This document shows positions 39,897 to 48,251 of a stretch of 59,598 nucleotides of DNA, piece after piece. A program made the position numbers and the translations under genes. The notes below the pieces were generated by a model that saw nothing but the letters and a program-made list of their open reading frames with translations, was not told the DNA's origin and searched no databases. The stretch lies in contig DATGVQ010000015.1 in assembly GCA_035300145.1 (NCBI GenBank), positions 1 to 59,598 of the forward strand, given 5' to 3'. Source of the DNA: Acidiferrobacterales bacterium. GTDB lineage: Bacteria; Pseudomonadota; Gammaproteobacteria; Acidiferrobacterales; DATGVQ01. Every line of letters begins with the position of its first letter. The stretch's first letter is position 1.

Positions 39897-41736
39897 ATCG
39901 GGATAGGGCGACGCCTCACGGCGCCGCTCCTCCCACACCACCGTGCGTACGGATCACGTACACGGCGGTTCGATGAATAAAATTCCTACCGTGCTGCAAG
40001 AACAGGTAGCCCCATGTTACTGAAGTACCGCACCGGCAGGGCCAGTGCGAGCGCCGGGGTCTTGGACAGCCGCCAAGGGCCATGCGCGGACTTGCTGGTG
40101 TGCCATGCTTCACGCACGCTCACACCGCGTTTGCGCAGCTCCCGATAGCCGGCTCGTCCCCATTGCTTCCAGATATAACAGCGTAATTTGCGGCGTACCC
40201 ATTTGTCTATATCGCGCAGAGGGCTCAGCACTTCGGCAATGCCGAAGTACGCTTTCCATCCAAGCAGGGTTTCTCTCAGCTCTGCAACGATATCCATCAA
40301 ACGGCGGCCTCGCGTACGACGGGTCAGCGCGCGCACGCGCGCCTTGAGCTTGTCGATGGCTTGATCCGCCACCTTGAGCCGGACGCCTTGACGGCTGACC
40401 GTGAAGCCCAGAAACTTGCGTTGTGCTGGGCGATCCACCGCGCTTTTCAGCGGATTCACTGTGAGTCGCAGTGTGTCGCTGATGAAGCGGCTTACGCTTG
40501 TCATTACCCGCTCACCGGCACGTCGGCTTCTGACCAGGATGTTGCAGTCGTCGGCATAACGCGCGAAGCGGTGGCCGCGCCGTTCCAGTTCCCAGTCCAG
40601 TTCGTCGAGCACCACGTTGGCCAACACCGGGGAGAGCGGCCCGCCTTGCGGTACGCCCATCGTTGTCGCTTCGGTGTGTTCGCCGACACGGACACCCGCC
40701 TTGAGGTAGCGATTGATGAGTCGCAACAGGTCAAGGTCCGAACAGCGGTGTTTGAGCCGCGCCATCAACCGGTCGTGATTGACCCGGTCGAAGAACGCCT
40801 GCAAGTCCACGTCCACCACCCAACCCCAACCTTCCCGGATACTCGCTTGCACGTGGCGCACCGCCTGATGGGCCGAGCGCTGTGGGCGGAATCCGTAGCT
40901 GTGAGGGTGAAAATGGGGTTCCCATTGCGCTGTGATCACTTGCGCGATGGCTTGCTGGATAAATCGGTCCAACACCGTGGGAATGCCCAAGGGACGGGTC
41001 TTCCCATCCGGCTTCGGGATCTCCACGCGCCGCACGGGTTGTGGCCGGTAGGTGCCCGACAGCAATTGGGCACGCACGGCTGGCCAGTGGTGGCGGAGAT
41101 AGTCTGGCAGGTCATCGACCGTCATGCCGTCGATGCCCGGCGCGCCTTGGTTCCGGCGTACTTGCTTTAGTGCGCGCTGCAAATTCTCGCGTTCCAACAC
41201 GCGAGCCAGCAGCGCTTGGGGTTGAATCGACTCGGCATGCCCAGGCTCTCCAGTGACGGCTTCATCCTGCGCGGTGCGCGCAGCCGACGTTCGTCGGTGG
41301 TCAGGTGCGTTGCCGTCTCTCTTCACTTGTCTGCCTTGTCATTCATCGTTCAGGCCTTCGACGGCGCCATCCGCCTACTATGCCTTTTGCTGACTTCTCC
41401 ACGGTATTCAGCGCCGATCTCTCGGCGCCCAGCTTCGTTGCTTTGAAGCACCGGGGGAGATCTCCCGGGGTAAGGCACGTTACTGTCGCGACACGAGCGC
41501 CGGATTTACAAAGTACACCCCAACCGCAGATGGAGGGCTTCGCGGTCACGTGCCCGCTCGCCCCGGATGTACCACGCCTAGTATCCGGTTTTTGTTCATC
41601 GCCCCGCCGCTTTGCGTTGGGCTTCCTTCAGACCCCACCTCACGGTGACGCCCTTGCCCTTCCGCTAGCCTTCGGCTCTGCGAAAACCTGGCTGTCGGAC
41701 TTTCACCGACATAGTTACGTGCCATGCCCGGCACAC
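39897..41736 (-). mobile_element. group II intron, bacterial class C (IIC), complete
   Basis: The 5' end is GTGTG at 41736. Domain V at 39938-39968 (CCGCCGTGTACG..CGTACGCACGGTGG) has a CGC triad and a 2-nt bulge. Domain VI has a bulged A, and the 3' end reads ...CCTATCCCGAT. Length is 1840 nt. The RT ORF lies in domain IV. Confidence 0.8.
39986..41326 (-). CDS. group II intron reverse transcriptase/maturase (no endonuclease domain)
   Basis: 446 aa with ...GAPGIDGMTV...RVEIPKPDGKTRPLGIPTV...RYADDCNILV..., plus a C-terminal maturase X domain. Confidence 0.9.
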   Translation of the reverse strand: MKRDGNAPDHRRTSAARTAQDEAVTGEPGHAESIQPQALLARVLERENLQRALKQVRRNQGAPGIDGMTVDDLPDYLRHHWPAVRAQLLSGTYRPQPVRRVEIPKPDGKTRPLGIPTVLDRFIQQAIAQVITAQWEPHFHPHSYGFRPQRSAHQAVRHVQASIREGWGWVVDVDLQAFFDRVNHDRLMARLKHRCSDLDLLRLINRYLKAGVRVGEHTEATTMGVPQGGPLSPVLANVVLDELDWELERRGHRFARYADDCNILVRSRRAGERVMTSVSRFISDTLRLTVNPLKSAVDRPAQRKFLGFTVSRQGVRLKVADQAIDKLKARVRALTRRTRGRRLMDIVAELRETLLGWKAYFGIAEVLSPLRDIDKWVRRKLRCYIWKQWGRAGYRELRKRGVSVREAWHTSKSAHGPWRLSKTPALALALPVRYFSNMGLPVLAAR

Positions 41737-41809
41737 ACGTTCCCAGTAACCGGCGCCGTGCACGCGGCGTGCCGCTTGCACGGCGTCCGCGTTGACTGGG
41801 CGGTTAGGC
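41737..41809 (-). other. attC recombination site (5' 73 nt; the last 5 nt, TAGGC, are at 39892-39896 beyond the intron)
   Basis: The reconstructed site is GCCTAAC-CG-CCCAGTCAAC-GCGGA-CGCCGTGCA-AGCGGCACGCCGCG-TGCACGGCG-CCG-GTTACTGGG-AAC-GT|TAGGC. R''/R' are perfectly complementary. L''/L' pair with one extrahelical C. There is a central 9-bp stem. Confidence 0.75.
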
Positions 41810-41818
41810 ATCAGTAGG

Positions 41819-42484
41819 TCACGAGCCATTATGCTTCACACTAGTTTTCGTCACTAAGGCGAGCAACAACAATGCACCAACCCACAAACACAAAAAGGCT
41901 CCCCGCTGCCTGACTCCAACGTCCATCCCAGAGAATCCGGCGTATCTAGGCCACGAAGTGATAAGAGCGGCGTAAGCAGCGGGGCCAGTGGCTGCAATAA
42001 CTCCGCCCAACACACGACGGGCCCAGCTAGACCCTTGCCATACCACCACCAGCCCTGATATCACCATAGCTAAGACTGAACTGTAGAAAAATAATAGCAA
42101 GCCAGCATCGTGAAACGTCTGCTGGCGGACTGCTTCGAACCCCATCTTTTTGAGCTGTTGCATATTCATCGCAGTTTCCCGGAAGTAGGCAAGGATAAGC
42201 AATCCGGAAACGGCGATGCCGAAAACCATCGATGCAATGTGGCTCAGCACTTTTGAGCCGAACGCTCGCCGAAAGGAAATGGAGATACCTAGGCATAGGA
42301 GAGCTAATGCCGCAAGCAACATCCCAGCCGTGATCCAATCCCCGTTGGGGGCCAACGCCGCATAGGTACTGATTTGATTGCGTATCCAACTAAAGTTGTG
42401 CATACCCAAATGACCGATAACCAGTGCAATAGGGGCAGTGAATAAGGCTAACCACGCAGTAAAGAGCGTAATGCGCACGTCCAT
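41819..42484 (-). CDS. cassette-borne multi-TM membrane protein (DUF998-like)
   Basis: 221 aa with about 6 TM segments. It is bounded by the 13-nt inverted repeats GTTAGGCATCAGT (41803-41815) and ACTGATGCCTAAC (42510-42522). Confidence 0.65.
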   Translation of the reverse strand: MDVRITLFTAWLALFTAPIALVIGHLGMHNFSWIRNQISTYAALAPNGDWITAGMLLAALALLCLGISISFRRAFGSKVLSHIASMVFGIAVSGLLILAYFRETAMNMQQLKKMGFEAVRQQTFHDAGLLLFFYSSVLAMVISGLVVVWQGSSWARRVLGGVIAATGPAAYAALITSWPRYAGFSGMDVGVRQRGAFLCLWVGALLLLALVTKTSVKHNGS

Positions 42485-42515
42485 TATTTTAGGTCTACAT
42501 GTCCGATTGACTGAT

Positions 42516-42651
42516 GCCTAACGAGGCTGTAGAAAAAGCCTTGCTTTGAAAAAAATCAATTTTTCATACCTCTATAACTCATTGATCCACTGACGTTATT
42601 GCTACCATTAATTCTGAAACTATAGACTGAAACTGGCTTTTTCTACAGCTC
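42516..42651. repeat. attC-type core (GCCTAAC) followed by a 129-nt AT-rich element with 17/18-nt terminal inverted repeats
   Basis: GAGGCTGTAGAAAAAGCC (42523-42540) pairs with GGCTTTTTCTACAGCTC (42635-42651). AAC is present on both flanks. Confidence 0.6.
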
Positions 42652-42885
42652 AACGCCGCCTTAAGCGGCTGGCTTACCTGGAGCGCGGCGGAAGAGTAAG
42701 GTAGTCCCAGTCGACTTCAGCTACATACTTTCCTTCATGTACCAGCTTGGTACGAACTCGCTTTTTCATTGCTTTCTCCTCAGCGGCTTGCGAATGACTG
42801 GTTTGGGTCGCTTACCGTCCAGTCGCGAAACGGCCGGGAGCAGCCGTTCGCCGGCTGCCTACGATGATGACAAACCGCAGGAAGA

Positions 42886-43947
42886 TTACTTTTTCATCTT
42901 GATCAGCGCGTCGTAGGCATTGTCGCAACGATCAACTTCTGCACTGTCCGTCGCCGGGTCGACGAGCAGAATCTTGGCGCCCCGCAGCGGCGACGCCAGT
43001 TTCTTCACCGGCGACAGATAATTCATCTTCAACATCAGCGGCTGCGCATCGCTGATCGTGTATTCATAAAACAGCAAGGCGGCATTCGGATGAGGCGGTC
43101 TGCGCGATACGCCTATGCCGTTCGAGTGTCCGATCATCGGATCAATCGCAAACCAGTCAACGGGCGCGCCTTGTTGCTTGGCCTGCTCGATCATGTGGCT
43201 ATAAACGGACAGCGCCAGCGGCACCTCGCCCGATACGACCATGTTGGCCAGAACCGAATTGCCGCTGCGCACCGACAAGCCGTTACGCGCCGCGATCTCC
43301 CGGAACAGCTCGCCGCCTTTTTCCTCACCCAAATTCTTGAGCAAAGTGCAATACCATTCACCGCTTTTCGCTTCGACACCAAGCATGCCTCTCCATCTGG
43401 CGTCGAGCAGATCGGCCCAGCGTTTGGGCAGATCCTGCTTTTTGACTGCATTGGTGTTGTACGCCTGCACGAAAACGTTGATAAATTGCGGGGCCCAACC
43501 GCGATGGGCGGGCATAGCGCCTTCCAACATTTCTTTTTGCGAGCTGGAATTGATTTCTTGCAGAAGTTTTTCCCGATATATCGCTTCAAGTTCCGGCGAA
43601 GAAACGCTGACCGCGTCGAAGTCCCAGCGGTTCGCTCTTTTTTCCGCCACCATGCGCTGCAACACCTTGGCCGAGGATGCCCGCCACACATTGACGCGGA
43701 CGCCGTAGCGGTTTTCGAAATCAGCGCTCAGTGCCCCAATCGTTTGTGCGGCATTGGAGGTGTAGACGGTTAAAGAGCCTTCTTTTTGTGCCGCTTCCAC
43801 CAGCCGTTGATGACGGGAAGTGCTGTCGTTGGATGCCAGTTCAGCGAATGATTGTGCCGATGCGAAGGGGGCCGCAACGGCCATCAGAAACACGGGGATC
43901 ATCACGCGTGAAAATTCGATAAACAGAGACCGATTCCCCAGGCGCAC
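42886..43947 (-). CDS. periplasmic solute-binding protein, Fe(III)/AfuA-like ABC family (paralogue A)
   Basis: 353 aa with a signal peptide, ...EGSLTVYTS...RYGVRVNVWRASS...VQAYNTN...SGEVPLALSVY...PHPNAALLFYEY. Confidence 0.8.
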   Translation of the reverse strand: MRLGNRSLFIEFSRVMIPVFLMAVAAPFASAQSFAELASNDSTSRHQRLVEAAQKEGSLTVYTSNAAQTIGALSADFENRYGVRVNVWRASSAKVLQRMVAEKRANRWDFDAVSVSSPELEAIYREKLLQEINSSSQKEMLEGAMPAHRGWAPQFINVFVQAYNTNAVKKQDLPKRWADLLDARWRGMLGVEAKSGEWYCTLLKNLGEEKGGELFREIAARNGLSVRSGNSVLANMVVSGEVPLALSVYSHMIEQAKQQGAPVDWFAIDPMIGHSNGIGVSRRPPHPNAALLFYEYTISDAQPLMLKMNYLSPVKKLASPLRGAKILLVDPATDSAEVDRCDNAYDALIKMKK

Positions 43948-44009
43948 AGGAGTCCGCGACGGTGCGGGTGCGGCCTTTTGCGGGGAAACGGCCGTGGTCC
44001 GAAAGTTGC

Positions 44010-45143
44010 TCAGCCGTTCGATGAAGCGACACCGATGGATAAAGCCGCCGCTTGCGCCGCCTGGGCTGCCTGCGCCGCCCTGGAAATACCAGCCGGGAGT
44101 GTCGACATGTCAAGGCCGTGCAACTTGCATGCATTCGCGGCCAACACTTTCGTTTGTGTCTCCAAAGGCAGGTGGCCTATATCGCGCTGGATGACCTTGA
44201 TCGAATTCGGCCAGGTCGAATTGGCATGGGGAAAATCATTCGACCACATGACGTTATCCTGACCCCACCATTCCAGATTGCGGCCGCAGACCGAATCGTT
44301 GAAGAAGCAGGAAAAGACCTGATTGCGAACGTACTCGCTTGGGTCCTTGGTGAACGGCGGCGGGTTCACGCCACGGAAGCGGCGAAAGTAATAATCCCAC
44401 TGCTGGACCATGAAGGGCAGCCAGCCGGATTCGTTTTCCACCGTCACGAGCTTGAGTTTCGGGTATCGCTCCAACACGCCATAGAAAATAAAATCGAAGA
44501 GCGCGTTGGTGACGTCCATCAGCTTCAGGTTTACGCTGCCGCGGTAATGCTCGATGCCTTTTTTTCTTTCCTTGCCGTGGTAGCTGTGGCCCGTCAGGAT
44601 GTGCATGTTGACGGGCGCATCCAGGTCCTGAGCCGCCGCCCAAAATTTGTCATAGTGACTGGAATGAAAAGGGAGATCCGGATGGGGCGCCTGCCAAATC
44701 AACGCGCCTTTGAGCCCTGCCTTGCGGCAACGTTCCAGCTCTTTGACTCCATTGTCAACGTTATAAACAGAGATAGCCGGAATGCCGATAAGACGGTTCC
44801 GGTCCACGCTGCAATATTCGATCAACCAATCGTTGTAAAGGCGGAAGCAGGTTTCTTGCAGTCCGGCATCATTGAGAGCATAGAAACCCAGCAGGAGCGT
44901 CGGATAGAGCACTTCGGCGCTAAGGCCGTCGATTTCCATCTCCTTGATCCTCGCGTTCGGATCCGATCCGCCGGCACGCCGCTGGAATCCTTCGCCTAAT
45001 TTATGCGGAGGAAACAGCGGCGCGGCCTCGCGATATTTTTCCGGCACTCCCTTCTTCCAAAGATCGACCGGCTCCATTACATGGGAATCCGCTGAAATGA
45101 TGACCCCATCAATCCCTCGACCCTGACTATCTATCGCCGCCAT
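44010..45143 (-). CDS. amidohydrolase-2 (ACMSD-like) family metal-dependent hydrolase/decarboxylase
   Basis: 377 aa with IISADSHVMEP...MHILTGH...WSNDFPH, and an odd AAQAAQAAQAAA C-terminal tail. Confidence 0.75.
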   Translation of the reverse strand: MAAIDSQGRGIDGVIISADSHVMEPVDLWKKGVPEKYREAAPLFPPHKLGEGFQRRAGGSDPNARIKEMEIDGLSAEVLYPTLLLGFYALNDAGLQETCFRLYNDWLIEYCSVDRNRLIGIPAISVYNVDNGVKELERCRKAGLKGALIWQAPHPDLPFHSSHYDKFWAAAQDLDAPVNMHILTGHSYHGKERKKGIEHYRGSVNLKLMDVTNALFDFIFYGVLERYPKLKLVTVENESGWLPFMVQQWDYYFRRFRGVNPPPFTKDPSEYVRNQVFSCFFNDSVCGRNLEWWGQDNVMWSNDFPHANSTWPNSIKVIQRDIGHLPLETQTKVLAANACKLHGLDMSTLPAGISRAAQAAQAAQAAALSIGVASSNG

Positions 45144-45197
45144 ATTTGCGCCCTGCTTGATTGGTCAAAACGCGATAAATTCGCGCACCGGCGCCGG

Positions 45198-45689
45198 CTA
45201 CTCGAAGAACTCGCCGTCGCGGTACACCACGGGCACGCGCTTGTTCTCCCGCGAATCGCCGGGCATCGGCTCGCCGCGGATATTAAGCCGACCGGCAGCG
45301 TCCCGAGGCCCCACTCGGCAACCGATCCGCACCAGCACCAGCGGCTCTTGGCTGGTGGCCTCGAACCAGTAATACGCGCCAGCGGGCAGCATGATCCCCT
45401 CGTGCTTACCGACATCCGTATAGCCTCCGTCCACGTCGTAGTAGCGTGCGCTGCCCTGCAACACGATGAAGGTGTGGTCTTCGTTGGGATGCGTGTGCAG
45501 TCCGTTCTCGCCGCCGGAGGCGTAGACCTTGAGCGTCGCCCACATGTTGTCGGTCCCGGCCAGCGCAGTGTTGGTACGCCCTTGATCGAGCATCTGGGCG
45601 CGCATCTTGAAGAACGACGGTTTCTTCGCCCTCGCCTTGATGTCCGCGCGCGCGCCGTGGTGTTTGTCGTCCTGATCGGTTGCCTGCAT
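45198..45689 (-). CDS. cupin-domain protein
   Basis: The likely start is MQATDQ behind GGAGAG (the track ORF extends to 45743). It contains GENGLHTHPNEDHTFIVLQG...GIMLPAGAYYWF. Confidence 0.7.
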   Translation of the reverse strand: MQATDQDDKHHGARADIKARAKKPSFFKMRAQMLDQGRTNTALAGTDNMWATLKVYASGGENGLHTHPNEDHTFIVLQGSARYYDVDGGYTDVGKHEGIMLPAGAYYWFEATSQEPLVLVRIGCRVGPRDAAGRLNIRGEPMPGDSRENKRVPVVYRDGEFFE

Positions 45690-45813
45690 AGACGTCTCTC
45701 CTTCGTTGAGCGCGCGCCCCGCATCGATCAGCGCGCGAAACATTACGATATTAAATTAATGTTGTGCCATACTCAAGGGCCCGCATGGCCACACATGCAG
45801 TGAAGAAAGAAAC

Positions 45814-46863
45814 ATGCACTGGATACAAAACATGGGTCGTTTGGTCCTGTCCCTGGCGACGCTGGCAACGGCCTTATCCGGCTTCGCGCAAGATACGTCG
45901 CTGTTGCGGTATGACGGCCCGGATCGGGCCCGGAAGCTGACCGCGGCGGCGCAAAAGGAAGGCTCGTTCACGCTGTACACGAGCTTTTCCGAAAAAGACT
46001 TGCCGACCCTGATCGTCCCGTTCGAAAAAAAATACGGTATCAAGGTCGAAGTCTGGCGCGCCGGGTCCGAGAAAGTGGTGCAACGAACCCTGATCGAAGC
46101 GGCGGCCAAGCGCTACGAGGTCGATGCGATCCAATCCGCCGCGCTCGAAATGGAGGCGCTGCATCGGGAAAAAATCCTGCAACCCGTCACGTCACCGTAC
46201 TCGACGGAACTGATCGCGGGCGCGCTGCGGCCCCATCGCGAATGGGTGGCGACTCTGCTGTCAGTTTGGGTGCAGGCCTACAACACCAACCTGATCAAAA
46301 AGGAAGACTTGCCTAAAACTTTTCGGGATTTGCTCGACCCGAAGTGGATGGGCAAGCTCGGCATCGAGGCCAACGTCCCGGAATGGTACTCGACTGTGGT
46401 CTTGCATATGGGCGAGGAGAAGGGTATCAAGTTCTTTCGTGACCTAGTGGGGCGCAACGGTATCTCGGTGCGCAAGGGGCATTCGCTGCTCAACAATATG
46501 GTGGTCGCCGGCGAAGTGCCGCTGGCGCTGACGGTCTACAACTACATGCCGGAAGCCGCCAAGCGCAAGGGGGCGACGATCGACTGGTTCGTGTTGGAGC
46601 CGGCGGTCGCACGCACCAGCGGCATCGGCATCGCGCGCCGCGCGCCGCATCCGAATGCCGCGCTGCTGTTCTACGATTACATGCTGTCGACCGAGGCGCA
46701 AAAATTGTTGTTGTCGATGGAATATGTGCCGACAAATACCAAGGTGCCGTCGCCGCTCGCCAAGCAGCGGTTTACGCTGGTCGACCCGGCGGTCGCGCTG
46801 GACCAGAGCGACAAGTGGGCCAAGTCCTTTGAGGAGGTGATACTCAAACGGGATGGCCGATAA
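45814..46863 (+). CDS. periplasmic solute-binding protein, same family (paralogue B)
   Basis: 349 aa with ...EGSFTLYTS...KYGIKVEVWRAGS...VQAYNTN...AGEVPLALTVY...PHPNAALLFYDY. Confidence 0.8.
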   Translation: MHWIQNMGRLVLSLATLATALSGFAQDTSLLRYDGPDRARKLTAAAQKEGSFTLYTSFSEKDLPTLIVPFEKKYGIKVEVWRAGSEKVVQRTLIEAAAKRYEVDAIQSAALEMEALHREKILQPVTSPYSTELIAGALRPHREWVATLLSVWVQAYNTNLIKKEDLPKTFRDLLDPKWMGKLGIEANVPEWYSTVVLHMGEEKGIKFFRDLVGRNGISVRKGHSLLNNMVVAGEVPLALTVYNYMPEAAKRKGATIDWFVLEPAVARTSGIGIARRAPHPNAALLFYDYMLSTEAQKLLLSMEYVPTNTKVPSPLAKQRFTLVDPAVALDQSDKWAKSFEEVILKRDGR

Positions 46864-46948
46864 ATGCGAAGGGTGATGTACGGATTGAATGAGCTCATCG
46901 GCGTTCTTGAAAATGGAATGAAACTCCGGCCCGGCGCCGGCGAAGACT

Positions 46949-48046
46949 GTGTGCCGTAACCATCCAGTCGTCCGAGAGGAGAGAATTTTGCCGCCCGATT
47001 TGAAGCGCGCTTCTGCGGTTCTGGTGTTCGCCATGTCGCTGGTGCTTTTTGTTCACGCCGGACATTCACAAACGTTGCAAAAGCTTGCCACGTATCAGGG
47101 CGAAGACCGGCAGCAGCGCCTGATAGAAGGAGCAAAAAAGGAAGGCGCGCTTCTTTTTTATACAACCTTCCCGACCGAATATGCCAATCAGCTGATCGAA
47201 CCGTTTAAAAACAAATACGGCGTCAAGGTCAACGTCTGGCGTGCCCGTTCGGAAATCGTTCTACGGAAAGTCATCACCGAAGCGCGCGCCGGCGGCCCTA
47301 GCGTCGATGTGATCACCATCATTTCGCCGGCTGTGGAAGCGCTGCGACGCGAGAATCTCGTGCAGGAAATTCACTCTCCGTATCATAAAGACTTGGTCCA
47401 TTTCGCCGTGCCCGCGCACCGTGAATGGGTCTCGACCTTGCAGCATGTGTTCGTGCAAGCCTACAACACCAACAAAGTCAGGAAACAGGACCTCCCCAAA
47501 ACCTATGAGGATCTGCTGGCGCCCAAGTGGAAAGGCAAACTGGCGATAGAAGGCGACGATCACGAATGGATGTCGTCGGTGATTGCGGATATGGGCTCAG
47601 CCAAAGGCATCAAGTTCTTTCGCGATCTGGTCGCAAACAACGGACTCTCGGTCCGCAGCGGCCATCCTTTGTTGACGAATCTGGTCGCGTCCGGCGAAGT
47701 GCCGCTGGCACTGACGGTCTATCAATACAGCGTAGAACAGGCAAAGAAAAAGGGCGCGCCGATTGACTGGTTCGTGATTGAGCCCGCGGTGAGCATTACG
47801 AACGGGATCGGCGTCGCCAAAAGGGCGCCACACCCACACGCCGCCTTGCTGTTCTACGACTACATCATCAGCCCGGACGCACAGCGCATACTGGCAAAAA
47901 TCGGCTACGTCCCGACTAACGTAAAAATTGAATCGCCGATCAAGGGCGTCAAGCTCAAACTTCTCGATGCCGCAACCTTGCTCGACAAGCAGGAAAAATC
48001 AACCAGCCTGTTTGAGCAAATCATTCTCAAAGGCGCTACGCGCTAG
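46949..48046 (+). CDS. periplasmic solute-binding protein, same family (paralogue C)
   Basis: It contains ...EGALLFYTT...KYGVKVNVWRARS...VQAYNTN...SGEVPLALTVY...PHPHAALLFYDY. A more plausible start is the TTG at 46988, behind GAGAGGAGAG. Confidence 0.8.
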   Translation: MCRNHPVVREERILPPDLKRASAVLVFAMSLVLFVHAGHSQTLQKLATYQGEDRQQRLIEGAKKEGALLFYTTFPTEYANQLIEPFKNKYGVKVNVWRARSEIVLRKVITEARAGGPSVDVITIISPAVEALRRENLVQEIHSPYHKDLVHFAVPAHREWVSTLQHVFVQAYNTNKVRKQDLPKTYEDLLAPKWKGKLAIEGDDHEWMSSVIADMGSAKGIKFFRDLVANNGLSVRSGHPLLTNLVASGEVPLALTVYQYSVEQAKKKGAPIDWFVIEPAVSITNGIGVAKRAPHPHAALLFYDYIISPDAQRILAKIGYVPTNVKIESPIKGVKLKLLDAATLLDKQEKSTSLFEQIILKGATR

Positions 48047-48192
48047 TGTTGTATGCCATTAATAATGACCATTTTAAAAAGACGAGGAGTCACGTCTCGA
48101 CGACCTGTTGCCCAAACCCATTTGTTTGCTTTTCCATCGCAAGCGCCATCCCGTGAATAGAGGGCAAGTCCGAAATCGAGCACTCGCTGAAC

Positions 48193-48246
48193 GTTGCCAT
48201 TAAGGCATTGTAGGATTAATCGTGCGCATGGCACGCTACGCTCGCT
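48193..48246 (+). repeat. 54-nt repeat unit (left, intact copy)
   Basis: GTTGCCATTAAGGCATTGTAGGATTAATCGTGCGCATGGCACGCTACGCTCGCT. It ends 5 nt before the stop of 48252..49022. Confidence 0.85.
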
Positions 48247-48251
48247 GCCAT

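Noticed and set aside
41305-41817. ORF 41305..41817(+) and other small ORFs across 41041..41734
   Set aside because: They are antisense to, or inside, the structured 5' RNA domains (I-III) of the group II intron.
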